From assembly GCF_006345805.1 (NCBI RefSeq), contig NC_042997.1:129208001-129272000 (forward strand): DNA of 64,000 bases, given 5' to 3'. Origin of the DNA: Octopus sinensis. Its lineage: Eukaryota. How positions within the stretch are numbered: position 1 is the stretch's first letter; each line of letters begins with the position of its first letter. The position numbers and the translations under genes were made by a program. Below, piece after piece: positions 1 through 11,745 of this stretch. The notes beneath the pieces are model-generated. The model searched no databases. It was given only the letters and a program-made list of their open reading frames with translations, and was not told the origin of the DNA.

Positions 1-1500
1 TCTCCCTGCACGCACAAACGTCCATCGCCTCACCTCCCATGTGACACGATATATGCTGGTTTAGCTCCCTGAAGTCCAGCACCGGTCTGACTTTTCACTT
101 CGTAGGCTGCACCACCACCATCAGGGGTAGCACCCCGCCTGCTACCTCCTCCTCCCAAGGGACAAGGACCCCTTCCTCGATCCACCTCTCCACCTCGTCT
201 TCAAACTCGACCCTGGCGTGGCCTTTGAGGGTATGCTGGTAACAGCTCACTCTGTTTTTCAGCATCAGGGGCTCGTCCTTCCATTGCCACTCTATTGTCC
301 ACCGCTGACCATCGAACGCTGCCTGAAAATCTTTGTCCTCAATGGTGTAAGCGGCGCAGTTCCTCGCGGTGCTCTGCTCTCTCTGGTGATCCTGACTCGC
401 AGTGCACGTCGCCCCCACGCTTCCAAATGTGACCTCATCTCCCACAATACTGACGCCACCGTGGCAGTTGATGGCATCCATCCCCATCACCACATCAACC
501 CCATCTATCACGCGTTCAGCCACAATTACCTGCAGCCTTAGCATTGCGCTACGCACCACTATCTCTACCTTGCTGCTGCCTTTACAACGGATTTCGCTGC
601 CATCAACCGCCCGGACGCTACTTGCCCCGTTCCATTTCTTCGTCACCACGAGGGCCTTGGACGTCTTCCCCTCGGCCTCCACATCAATTAATGGCAGCGT
701 CTCCAAAAGTGCCTCTACTCGTTTGCGGGGAAAGTTCAAGAGGCATCAACTTCCCCACGGTCATTTCCCTGGTCGCAATCACGGGCGATGTGCCCTGTCT
801 GCCTGCATCAATAGCAAACGGGCCCCGGTTGCGTACACTCTCTCGCCATGTGCGATCCCTGACATCTAAAACACCGACCTGAGAACAGCCGCTGTCATTG
901 CACGGTAGGCTTCTGCATGTCTTTCTCCAACCATCATCCGTCTTTACGCACCTCCGTCACCACCATCGCTATCGCCTTCCACCCAGAGTGTCGCGTCAAC
1001 ACGCAGGCTTGAGTCACAAGTTCGCTCAGCGCCATCTTTTTACTTCCAGCCAATTGTTGTAGGTGAATCCCTACATCGTAGGGGAACCCATTTACGAATG
1101 CCAGTCGCGCTGCTCTCTCCAGCCCTTCTCCTGTAAACCCACCCAGCGTCGCTAACCTTCGAACTTCTGCCCCGTATTCGTCCACCTGTCCTCCCGTCCA
1201 TCTGATCATACCCAGCTTAGCAAAAGTTGTGTACTCACACTCTGTGTAGGCATCCCTCAGACGTTGCTCTATCTTTTCTTCACTCAGACATTCTTCCTTG
1301 TCCATCTCAAGATATAGCGTCAACGCGCTCCCTTCCAAATACAGCGCCATATGACTTGCCACATCGCTTATACCTTGCAGTCTTGCCACCAGCCTGATTT
1401 TACACATCCAGGCCACTACATCACCTTCACCATTAAAGGGTCTGATGATGTCGCTGGCGATCCTGATTTTCGCTCAGGTCTTCATTGTTGATGAGTGTAG
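1..1500 (-). mobile_element. Ty3/gypsy LTR retrotransposon remnant (gag, two zinc knuckles, protease, RT start), pseudogenised; runs off the window
   Basis: gag from ATG at 1485 (FNGEGDVVAW...LYLEGSAL); CFRCQGSHMAREC and CY*CRQTGHIARDC knuckles at 775-873; protease region lacking the catalytic DTG (KALVVT) but keeping VDVVMGMD; RT start VRPVLDFRELN at about 55-95; several in-frame TGA stops; no LTR seen. Confidence 0.88.
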
Positions 1501-2488
1501 AACAGGTAGATGAAGGAGCTGACAAACTCCTCATTGTCAGTGTCAATATGGAGTGGGGGATGGCTCCTGTCATCACTAACATGCATTTGTTTGGCCTAAT
1601 TTTGCTGATTCCTCTTGGGGTCAATGTGTCCTTGAGCTGGTCGACTGTGTTTTTTCATGTGCCACTGGCACAAGTGCAAGTAAGGCGACGCTGGTAATGA
1701 TCACGCTCAAATGGTGCTTTTTACATGCCATCAGCATGGAATCCAGTCAGCTGCTCTGGCAATGATCACACTCGGATGGTGCTCTTAGCACTCCACTAGC
1801 ACAGATGCCAGTCATTGAATTTGATTTCGATGTAATGCGTGAACAGCTTTTTATAACAAGTGCAGCATAATTTTGTGAGGTTCTTTTGGTGAGGATTTTA
1901 TAAACTCTTAAAAATTTGTCATCTCTCATTTGCAATGTTTAATTCATGTTCTTATATAAAAGAGAACCTGTGTTTTCCCTCTGCCAGACTGTTAAGTACA
2001 GTGAAAGGAATGCCTACAGAGCACTCAGCAGCCTTACTGACAGAAATGCTATACAAGTTAATCCAAAAAACTCAGACTTCAGTAATATGATGATGGCATG
2101 GTGGGTAAGATATTAGATAAGTTTTCACATTTGTAACAAGGATGAAAGGTCTGGAACACTTGAGGGGTGCCAGTCTCATCCCTTTACATTAAATTATTTG
2201 TCAAAGGAAAACCAAGACTTCGAATATCTTCAGCAGCATAAATAATATTTATTTTTCTGGATTCGCAATAATATATATATACATATATTTCCTTCAGGGC
2301 AAACTGGTAACCATGGAGCTAGTCACAGTAGTTAAATGGCGTGAGCCAAATGCTGTCTCGTTCCAGCGTAGAAGGGCTTCTCTACATGTTGGCTTACTTG
2401 AGAGAGCTGTGATAACGCGTCCGTTCAATTCAGCTGTCCGCTTCGAGAAAGATCGATACAGCAGGAAATCTTGCTGTTGCTAGTTCTT

Positions 2489-2572
2489 TGCGCATGCACA
2501 TGAGGGAACTTCCGGCAGCCTCCCGGAAGAAATCCAACTCTGCACATGTGCGCTGAAGACTTCCAAAATGGC
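2489..2572. promoter_or_regulatory. Candidate housekeeping-type motif cluster (NRF1-, ETS-, YY1-like)
   Basis: TGCGCATGCA 2489-2498, ACTTCCGG 2508-2515, CCGGAAG 2523-2529, CAAAATGGC 2564-2572 in a CpG-richer patch; could instead be TE-derived. Confidence 0.3.
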
Positions 2573-4044
2573 ATCACTACACATTCAAAGCTCAGATACT
2601 GCTGGAACCTTCTGTACCTTTCGTTCTTTTGGGATAGATAAAATAAACACTAGTCAGTTCATAGACACAAGCAAAGCTGTGTAGTTAAGAAGCTTTCTTC
2701 TCAACCATGTGACCTTGGGTTCAGACCCACTGTGTGGGCAAGTTCCTTGTACTATAGCCCAAGGGTGATTGAAGCCTTGTGAATGGATTTGGTAGGTGGC
2801 AACTGAAAGAAGCTCATTGAATGTGTGTGTGTGTGTGAGTACATATACCTTGTCTTCACAAAGTGTGATGATTCTAAGCAAGTATCATCATCATCATCAT
2901 ACAAGCAATGTTGTTTGCTTCCAGTTTTCTAAGAAAAACATGCTTGGCTATGGTAAAATACTGGCTTCAAATTTTGGCACAAGGCCAGCAGTTTTAGGGA
3001 AATGGGGAAGTCGATTGCTTACTGGTGGTAGAAGGGAGGAGGGGTAGGAGGGAAGAAGAAAGCGGTCGTGATGATGATTGTAGAACTGATTGGTATTTAT
3101 TTATCAAGTGGACAGTTCCTCTCACATAAAATAACAAGTGACTTGGATCCAAAGATAGACACCAAGAGTAATGAGATTTTAGCTTCACTGAATAAAAGAT
3201 ATTTTAATTTTAATGTGAACACATATAATGTCAGCTTCTCTCACAGTCTCATGGAGACATAGTTGTTTGGTGAGCAGTCTAAAGATTTGCTGAATCATTG
3301 GTTTATTCAGAGTGTCTAATTCTTAGATTTAAACGCAACCAATTGTTGTGTGGAGTTAACAATACAGTTTACAAGGATAAAATTAAATTTGGTATTTAAA
3401 TTTTCTGAGATATTTTATATTTAACAACCACAAAAATATGACTCAGTGAGAAAAGCAGAAATACAAATGAATTAAATGTATGAATTTGAGGAGTCTTAAT
3501 GTGGATTTTGTGGGTAAAAATTACTTCAGTGAGCTTCAAAGACTGGACGTTTGTCTATTATGAGTACAAGAAGCAAGTTGAAATCATCATCATCAGCAGC
3601 AGCAGCAGCATCTTTATCATCATTCACCCTCTGTTTTCCATGCTAATATGGGTTGGATAACTTGACAGCTGACAAGTCAAAGAGTTGAGTCATGTGCCAA
3701 TGTCTTCTTTGGCATGGTCTCTTCTACAAATGGATGTCTTTCATAATGCCAACCATTTTATAGAGAGTTCTGAGTGTTGGCACTGATACTAGTGATGACC
3801 ACCTTGCAATTTACAAGGCTAAAGGTCTAAAGTGGCCCCTATAACTGAGGGAGAATAGAAGGAAGAGAAGAAAATGATCTGAGGTGGAGGGATGAGTGAT
3901 AGCAACTAAGGGAAGAAGATGGCAGGGAACAAGGGAGAAAGAAGGGATTAGTGACGGGGTTGAGAAAAAAAGAAGGATAGAGTTGAAAGGTAGAGTCTAG
4001 GGCTATTATAAGGAATGAGTTTGGACAGGTGTGAGGGAAAGAGT

Positions 4045-4274
4045 GGCAAGCTGGTAGAATTGTTAGCATGCCTGGCGAAATGCTTAGCAGTATTTCGTCT
4101 GCCGTTACGTTCTGAGTTCAAATTCTGCCAAGGTCGACTTTGCCTTTCATCCTTTCAGGGTCGATAAATTAAGTACTAGTTATGCACTGGGGTCGATGTA
4201 ATCGACTTAATCCCTTTGTCTGTCCTTGTTTGTCCCCTCTATGTTTAGCCCCTTGTGGGCAATAAAGAAATAAG
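4045..4274 (+). mobile_element. tRNA-derived SINE, family C (Deu/Nin-domain-like body); other copies ~9070-9240, 9262-9470, 14680-14870, 33384-33597(+), 30372-30595, 48196-48420, 58525-58712(-)
   Basis: Head AGCTGGCAGAA...GAGTTCAAATT; body GCCTTTCATCCTTTCGGGGTCGATAAATTAAGTACCAG resembles the Deu/Nin SINE domain as recalled. Confidence 0.85.
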
Positions 4275-4886
4275 ATGTGAGGGAAAGGGAACAGTAGTCT
4301 AAAGTAGAAAGGAATCTTGGGAGAGTCATTGAAGAAAGAAATGAGAGATGAGGGGTTTGTGGGCTGGATCAGAGGTGAAAAGATAATAAACGGTGTTAAG
4401 AAAGCAAAGAAGCTGTGGGAGAGAGCAAGCAGTGAGAGAAAAGGAAGTAAGGGATGAAAACAAGAGATAGGTGCTGAAGGGTCCCATATAGGTAAGAGGA
4501 AGAACAGAGTGTGAAAGTAACAAAAAGAATCCTAGATAAAGAAGCAGTGAGAGGAGGGAGAGATGGAGAAGATCTTTAAAAAGTTTGTCTGACCAATGTA
4601 TTTCAATGAAAGAATATATATATTGCAAACATGCTTCATTAAATAATTGTTACAATAAAGCAAGATAAAATCAAATAGGTTCAACCAACAATAATGAGGT
4701 GATGGCAGAGACAAACATATAAGCTTGTTAAAATAGAATTAGACATGGTGAGAGAATATTTGACCACTAGTAGTCAAAATAGTCAACAAACTGAATTCTC
4801 AGAGACCACAACAGAAAGTGAGGGACGAGTTAAATAAATTTTGAATTGTAATGTAGGTGGAAGCACATCATATATATGTATGTATT

Positions 4887-5440
4887 GTCAGGTCACTTTC
4901 GAGTGCTACTGGTAACATGTAATCCAGTAGAACCTGTTGCATGGTCGGGTCGTCGACGACTAAACCGGCAACCCCACTAAGCTTGCTTGGTGAGGAGGGT
5001 GTTTATTGGACACCCTGCGGGATGAAAAACAAAACCCATCAAAGGGCGGAGGAACTCTTGAGAGTCAATGGCCATCCAATAAATGTCTTAAAGCTGTATC
5101 ATGCACGGGGACATAGAAATAATCGGACTGAATACCCAATCGCGCGGTTAAGCCATTGGGAGTGAAGGACTCCTAGCCTTTGTTAGGGCATCCTTCTAGG
5201 AGAAGGTAACTCAGGAAACTGGGATAACTCTGACATAAAACCTGCAGCTCAGTGGTTACCGATGATGTTGACTTGTTCTTCTTTTCGGATTATGGCTGCT
5301 GTTGCTTAGTGAGTGGGATTGACTCAGTGCACAGCCTTTCCTCACTTTAAAAAAAAATCTTCTTGCACAGGCATTGCACGATAACAACATTGATTAAGCT
5401 TTGTGCAATGGCCATACTCGATAACGAGGGGGCAGCCACC
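4887..5440 (+). mobile_element. Non-coding, structured ~550-bp interspersed element, probably a non-autonomous RTE derivative
   Basis: GC-richer than its flanks; ends in (ATGT)n and sits in an ATGT microsatellite; GGGCATCCTTCTAGGAGAAGGTAACTC resembles RTE 5'-UTR motifs (from memory); multiple hairpins. Confidence 0.45.
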
Positions 5441-5571
5441 ATGTATGTATGTATGTGTGTTTAATACTTCGTTTTGTTTGTTATGTATTTAAAAAAAAAA
5501 ATGAATAATGTTTTAGAGAAGCAAAAAATCGGTGGGCGTTTTCTGTCTTCTCCCATCAATATCATCCTTTT

Positions 5572-5810
5572 TTATGGAACAAACTGCCGGCATCAGTTGT
5601 TAGTTGTCGGAGCACTGCATCCTTCAAAACTTCCATGCTTTCTTAGATTCGTCAACACTACACCTGATTTTCTCCCCTCCATACACACACAAGCATGTAT
5701 CTGACTCATACACTGTTCACTTTCCAGACATTTGTACATTACTGCATATGCCTTGACAAGTTGTCGTGCTCCTGAGCACTGTATACAATAATTTCATTAT
5801 TATTATTATT
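5572..5810 (+). mobile_element. CR1-type LINE 3' end, 5'-truncated
   Basis: Same sequence as 24544-25470 and 26315-26630; (ATT)n tail. Confidence 0.8.
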
Positions 5811-6209
5811 TCATCATTCATCTCATTAATGTTTTTGTCCAGCCTGCAGGCTACTCTGTGTCATGCCTTTATGGCAAAATTTTGAAATAATGTATGTATG
5901 TATGTACGAATGTATATCATCATAATTTAACATTAGCTTCCAATGCTAGTATGGGTTGGACAGTGAGACAGGAGCTGGCAAGCCGGAAAGCTGCACCAAG
6001 CTCCAAAGCCTGTTTTGTCATGGTTTCTATGGCTGGATTCCCTTCCTAATGCCAACCACTTTGCAGAATGTACTGGATGCTTTACATATGGTGCCAGTAT
6101 GTATGTATGTCATTGTTCAGTTTTTTTCAAGATTTCTTGCCAATAGAGAAAGAACTGGTTTCTAACCTAGATCCAAGGTTCCTTCATTGGAATTTCAACA
6201 TCAACAACA

Positions 6210-6239
6210 GAGTATGTATTATGTATGTATGTATGTATG

Positions 6240-6277
<38 letters not shown>

Positions 6278-6600
6278 CTTGTATGTATATATGTATGTAT
6301 ATAGGCGCAGGAGTGGCTGTGTGGTAAGTAGCTTGCTTACCAACCACATGGTCCTGGGTTCAGTCCCATTGCGTGGCATCTTGGGCAAGTGTCTTCTGCT
6401 ATAGCCTCGAGCCAACCAAAGCCTTGTGAGTGGATTTGGTAGATGGAAACTGGAAGAGGCCTATCGTGTATATATATATACATATATGTATGTATATATA
6501 TATACATATATGTATGTATACATACATACATACATACATATATGTATATATATATATATATATACATATATGTATGTATGTGTATATGTTTATGTTTGTC
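6210..6600. repeat. Compound (TA)n/(TG)n/(TATG)n microsatellites (representative of dozens in the window)
   Basis: Directly visible; similar tracts at 7830-8000, 8480-8540, 8800-8880, 10030-10200, 10450-10500, 14085-14150, 16440-16690, 29100-29175, 34900-34950, 42015-42060. Confidence 0.95.
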
Positions 6601-6790
6601 CCCTAACATCGCTTGACAACCGATGCTGGTGTTGTTTACATCCCCGTAACTTAGTGGTTCGGCAAAAGAGACCGATAGAATAAGTACTATGCTTACAAAG
6701 GATAAGCTGTAGGGTCGATTTGCTCAACTAAAGGTGGTGCTCCAGCATGGCCATAGTCAAATGACTGAAACAAGTAAAAGAGTAAAAAAG
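6304..6790 (+). mobile_element. tRNA-derived SINE, family B (central microsatellite, CAGTC-AAAT-GACTG stem-loop tail); other copies ~8366-8740(+), 13867-14313(-), 25512-25890(-), 28936-29335(-), 33862-34200(+), 45178-45543(-), 54995-55450(+)
   Basis: A box TGGCTGTGTGG and B box GGTTCAGTCC; conserved body GGCACCTTGGGCAAGTGTCTTCT; variable (TA/CA)n insert; tail CCAGCATGGCC.CAGTCAAATGACTGAAACAAGTAAAAG. Confidence 0.88.
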
Positions 6791-7451
6791 TGTTTATTTG
6801 TTTACAAACCTGTAAAAGAGACCAATAGAGTTAGTGTCAAGCTTAGAAGTGAGCACTGGGGTTGATTTGTTCAACAAAACAATTCAGTCTGCTGACTGAA
6901 ACAAATAAAAGTTAAAGATCAGAAACTTAAAACCAAAAGTTTATGAAGAAATAAAAACAGTGTTTTAACCCTGCAATGAGAAAGCAATAACTAAGCACAT
7001 TGAATTGAATACACATTCACAACAGTTTCAAACACACACACACTTTGCACTTATATACACCCTCAGACAATATTCACACACATTCAGTCTCTCATAAATT
7101 CGATGTGCTTTCCTTTCTAAATATAATTTTTCACAGATTTCTTTATATTTTCTTTTTATACATATTTTCTTTTTTTCCAAGATTTTGTAAATTTCTCTCA
7201 TAAATAATTCTTGTAAATAGTTGGAAAGAAAATTATTGCAATATTCAAGTAATAAAATATATTTTAGATTCATAGTAACACAAAAATAAATAATGTTAAG
7301 TATAAATATAAGAAGGTCTCAAGTGTGTGGTGTAGTGAATTGAAAAATCCTCAAGGAATTAATAGACAAAAACTCTCTCTCTTAGACGTTCTTGAAACAG
7401 TATGCAAGTGGGATACTATAAGATAGGTTATTTTTCAAAATTTAGATAATG

Positions 7452-7711
7452 TAGTGGTTCCCAAACTTTTTCAGGCTGCCGCCCCCTTGACACCCAGGCC
7501 ATATTCCTAGTGCCCCCACCCCAACTAAACATCACAAACATAGACCCCTTTCTGAGCAAATTCAAAACTTAACCTAACGAACCCATTATTTTGTTGTTTT
7601 TACATGAATCACTACTCCATTATTGCCCTACTTTTTTTCAATGCCCCTTGGAACTTTTCACCACCTCCAGTGAGTGGGGGAGTAATACCACCCCCACTTT
7701 GAGAACCACTG
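7452..7711. mobile_element. hAT-like MITE (~260 bp)
   Basis: Imperfect TIRs TAGTGGTTCCCAAA / TTTGAGAACCACTG; no 8-bp TSD preserved. Confidence 0.7.
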
Positions 7712-7960
7712 ATGTAGACAATACAGACTGGATTGATGTGTAGTCTTTAAAGCCAAAAAGTAATGGACGTTTCAGTCTTATTAGGCCTCTCCAGTGAAGC
7801 ATATTCTGCTCAATTGGCAATACTTATACACACACACACACACGCATACACACACACACACACACATACAAAAAAACACATGCATGCACACATGCACACA
7901 CACACACACATATCATCGTCATCATTCCACATTCGTTTTGCGGTGGTGATGATGATGATG

Positions 7961-7999
<39 letters not shown>

Positions 8000-8479
8000 G
8001 ACCGATAAAATAAGTACTAGGCTTAAAAAATAAGTACTGGGGCTGATTGATTCAGCTATAAAAAATTCAAGGTGGTGCCCCAGCATGGCTGTAGTCTAAT
8101 GACTGAAGCTAGTAGAAGATAAAAGATATATACACATGGACTGAAGTATGTAGTAGCACTGTAGTGATACTTAAATCAACATCCTGCTGTTCCCTTTGCT
8201 TTAATCTGCAGCCGAATGGTTGTTTTGTTAAACTGGGCAACAGATTAGATTAACTCTGCTCTCCAACAGTAGAAGTGGTTCTTATGGTGGCCTTCCATAA
8301 AGTTTCCGTCTCCCAAATTTCACTCACAAAGCTTTGATCAATTAAGAGTTCAATCTTAAATGCTTATGAACCACATGGTTCCGGGTTCAGTCCTACTGCA
8401 TGGCACCTTGGTTAAGTGTCTTCTACTATAGCCTCGGGCCGTGGATTTGGTAGACGGAAACTGAAAGAAGCCCGTCGTA

Positions 8480-8530
<51 letters not shown>

Positions 8531-10207
8531 TTGTGTGTCTGTGTTTGTTCCCCCAACATTACTTGACAACTGATGCTGGTGTGTTTATGTCCCCGTAACT
8601 TAGTGGTTCGGCAAAAAAGAGACCGATAGAATAAGTACTAGGTTTCAAAGAATAAGTCCTGGGCTAAATTTTCTCGACTAAAAGCGGTGTTCCAGCATGC
8701 CCACAGTCACATGACTGAAACAAGTAAAAGAATAAAAGAGTTTATGGAGACATAAACTAGTACCAGTTGTCAAGTGGAGGGTTGGACAAGCACAAATGCA
8801 AACACACACACACACACATATGCGCACACACACACACACACACCTACGCACGCACACACACACACGCACACACACACATGATGAGCTTCCACATAGTTTC
8901 CATTTTTCAAATTCACTTGTAGACCATTGGTTTGCTTAGGGCTATACACTTATCAAATATTCCACACAATAGGACTGAATCCAAAATCATGTGCTTACAA
9001 AACAACCTTCTTATCCACACAGCTATGTCTATGCCTATCTATGCTGTTATTAATATTATATGCCATCCGATGGTGGTGAGCTGACAGAACCATTAGTACA
9101 TTGGACAAAATGCTTAGCGGCATTTCGTCTCATCCTTTCAGAGTTGATTAAATAAGTACCTGTTTAACTTTGGGGTTGGTGTAATCAACTTACCCCTGCC
9201 CCGAAATTGCTGGCCTTGTGCCAAAATTTGAAATCAATATTATATGTCATCTTAAAGCAGCAAACTGGCAGAATCGTTTCTACACCAGGAAAAATGCTTA
9301 GCAGCATTTCATCCATCTTCACATTCTGAGTTCAAATTCCACCAAGTTCCACTTTACCTTTCATCCTTTTTGGGGTCAATAAAATAAGTACCAGTTGAGC
9401 ACTTGGGTCAATGTAATTGATTTGCCCATCCCCTAAAATTGCTGGCCATGCACCAAAATATGAAACCAACATTACATGTCATCTTTACCTTATTTGAGAA
9501 TTTTTCACCAAAAGCCAATGTGAGAGTTTCTCTCATGATATCTACCACAGTATAGTTTGTTCTAACAGAACACCCATGTTTAAGCAGGGATAAATATTAC
9601 CTCTTTTTATCTTTTTTCCTTGTAGGGCTTTAGTGTTCTCTTATAATTTCATTTAAATCTGAAATGTATTAAAGGAACAGAAATCAATCACAGTACTTGT
9701 TTAGTATATAATTCTATTGATCCCAGAAGGATGCAAAGCAAAGCTGACCTCAGCAGAATTCAAACTCATATTTGTGGCTTTGTTCCAAAGTTAAAAATCA
9801 ATGTTATATTAATGGTATTAATAAAATATTGTATTTTATCATGGTAGGATGCTCTACAGAGTTTGATTCATTGTTTCCATGTAACTTCTATTAATAACAG
9901 GTTAATTTATCCTTGATACTAATATTTTTCTTTCCAAGGCTTTTCTATATTCAGATCTTACTTATTAACTTATGAACCAAGGTTCCAGTATAAAAGTTCC
10001 TATTTGGACCATTAATTTCTTAGAATTATATATGGATATGTGAGTGTGTGTGTGTGTGCGTATGTGTGTGTGTGTATACATATGTATGTTTATAGTGTGT
10101 GCATGAATGTGTATTTGTGTATGTAAATGTGTATATGTAAATGAGTGTGTGTGTATATGTGCATGTGTAAATGTATGTATGTGTGTGTGTGTGTGATTAT
10201 GAAAATG

Positions 10208-10335
10208 TGTGGCCTTGTGGTTAAGGTGTTGTGCTCATGATTACAAGGTTGTAGTTTCAATTCCCAGATCTGGAAGTGCATTGCGCTCTTGAGCAAAACA
10301 CTTTAATTTCACGTTGCTCCAATTGATTCAGCTGT
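10208..10335 (+). mobile_element. Third tRNA-derived SINE family (CORE-like body); other copies ~22630-22900(+), 38330-38490(-), 43310-43430(-), 43555-43660(-)
   Basis: TGGCCTTGTGGTTAAGG A box; TTGAGCAA.ACACTTTATTTCACGTTGCTCCA body recurring in the window. Confidence 0.7.
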
Positions 10336-10450
10336 GAGTGAGTAGCCCTATAATGGAGAAGCATTCTGTTCAGGGGTAATATTCTGATCTTGGTCATTTG
10401 AATATCATGTCGACTATCCTAGAACTTGAGATGGTACTTACTTTACATAC

Positions 10451-10501
<51 letters not shown>

Positions 10502-10504
<3 letters not shown>

Positions 10505-10717
10505 GATCGCCATGTTGATTCGTTAGCTACTGCACGCATTTTTTTTTCTCTCCTTCTTTCTGTGTTTTTCTCTCTCTGTGTATCTTTCTGTTGAAGAGCG
10601 TAGGCTCGAAACGTTAAAGACTTGTTTTATTTATATTTCCTGAGCGCCATACTAATACAATTGTTCGTTTGTTTTCCACCTGCCTTCGTCTTTTGTTTAT
10701 TTTCATAAAGCTTCCCG
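10502..10717 (+). mobile_element. Penelope-like pLTR fragment between (TA)n tracts, with a hammerhead-like motif
   Basis: CTGTTGAAGAGCGTAGGCTCGAAACGTTAAAGA at 10588-10620; flanked on both sides by (TA)n. Confidence 0.55.
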
Positions 10718-10753
<36 letters not shown>

Positions 10754-10785
10754 GATCAAAATAAAAACATGATGCGAAGGATTCA

Positions 10786-10863
10786 GCGGTACATATGTTT
10801 CAGGCCTTTATTAGACAGATTTATAACAATGCATAATGTATGTCTGTGGCCTTCTTCAGCCGC
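10786..10863 (-). ncRNA. Type I hammerhead ribozyme motif (left arm)
   Basis: Mirror copy of 11668-11745; stem II is AGGCC/GGCCU (fully paired). Confidence 0.75.
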
Positions 10864-11667
10864 GCACAACAGCTTCCACAAGGACATGTGTTACATCAAG
10901 AATTCTTGGTTGGGGATGCAAATCCTCTCATTCGCGTACGACATAATGCGGCAGCAGCATAGAATTGAAGCGTCCATCTCTTTCTTCTCTCAATGTAGAA
11001 TGAGGAAATTTGGATGTTGAAGTAATGTAAATAAATAAATACATATATAGACGTGAAGATGGAGGGGTGAGAATTCAGGACGAGGGATAAAAAATGTATA
11101 AAAAGTGTAAGTATAGAAAAATATAAAAATGTAGAGTATAAAGATATAAAGGGATATAAAGGGGGTATAAATATAAATAAATGTAAAGGCATAAAGTAAA
11201 AATAGAAATAGAAATAAAAGTAAAAAGATAAAAATAGGAATAAACATGATAAAAATGTAAAAAGATAAAAGAATATAAAGATAAGGGATGTATAGAGGTT
11301 ACGGACCAAACATGGTGGTCAGGAGATATTTTTACTTTATGCCTTTACATTTATTTATATTTATACCCCCTTTATATCCCTTTATATCTTTATACTCTAC
11401 ATTTTTATATTTTTCTATACTTACACTTTTTATACATTTTTTATCCCTCGTCCTGAATTCTCACCCCTCCATCTTCACGTCTATATATGTATTTATTTAT
11501 TTACATTACTTCAACATCCAAATTTCCTCATTCTACATTGAGAGAAGAAAGAGATGGACGCTTCAATTCTATGCTGCTGCCGCATTATGTCGTACGCGAA
11601 TGAGAGGATTTGCATCCCCAACCAAGAATTCTTGATGTAACACATGTCCTTGTGGAAGCTGTTGTGC

Positions 11668-11745
11668 GCGGCTGAAGAAGGCCACAGACATACATTATGC
11701 ATTGTTATAAATCTGTCTAATAAAGGCCCGAAACATATGTACCGC
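11668..11745 (+). ncRNA. Type I hammerhead ribozyme motif (right arm)
   Basis: Stem I GCGG(11668-71)/CCGC(11742-45); core CUGAAGA(11672-78); stem II AGGCC...GGCCC; GAAA(11730-33); palindromic stem III CAUAUG; GUA cleavage triplet. Confidence 0.75.

Noticed and set aside
218-882. Plus-strand ORFs 218-541, 402-869, 544-882
   Set aside because: Antisense shadows of the GC-rich gypsy coding sequence
2298-2482. Open frame after TTTCCTTCAG (GKLVTMELV...) or a GIY-YIG remnant on the minus strand
   Set aside because: No convincing motif on either strand
4889-4975. HDV-like or twister ribozyme call
   Set aside because: All pairings found are nested; I could not place the required pseudoknots or catalytic residues
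6068-8875. Many 60-90 aa ORFs rich in Y/I/C/V/H/T
   Set aside because: Translations of microsatellites and SINEs; the same applies to similar ORFs throughout the window
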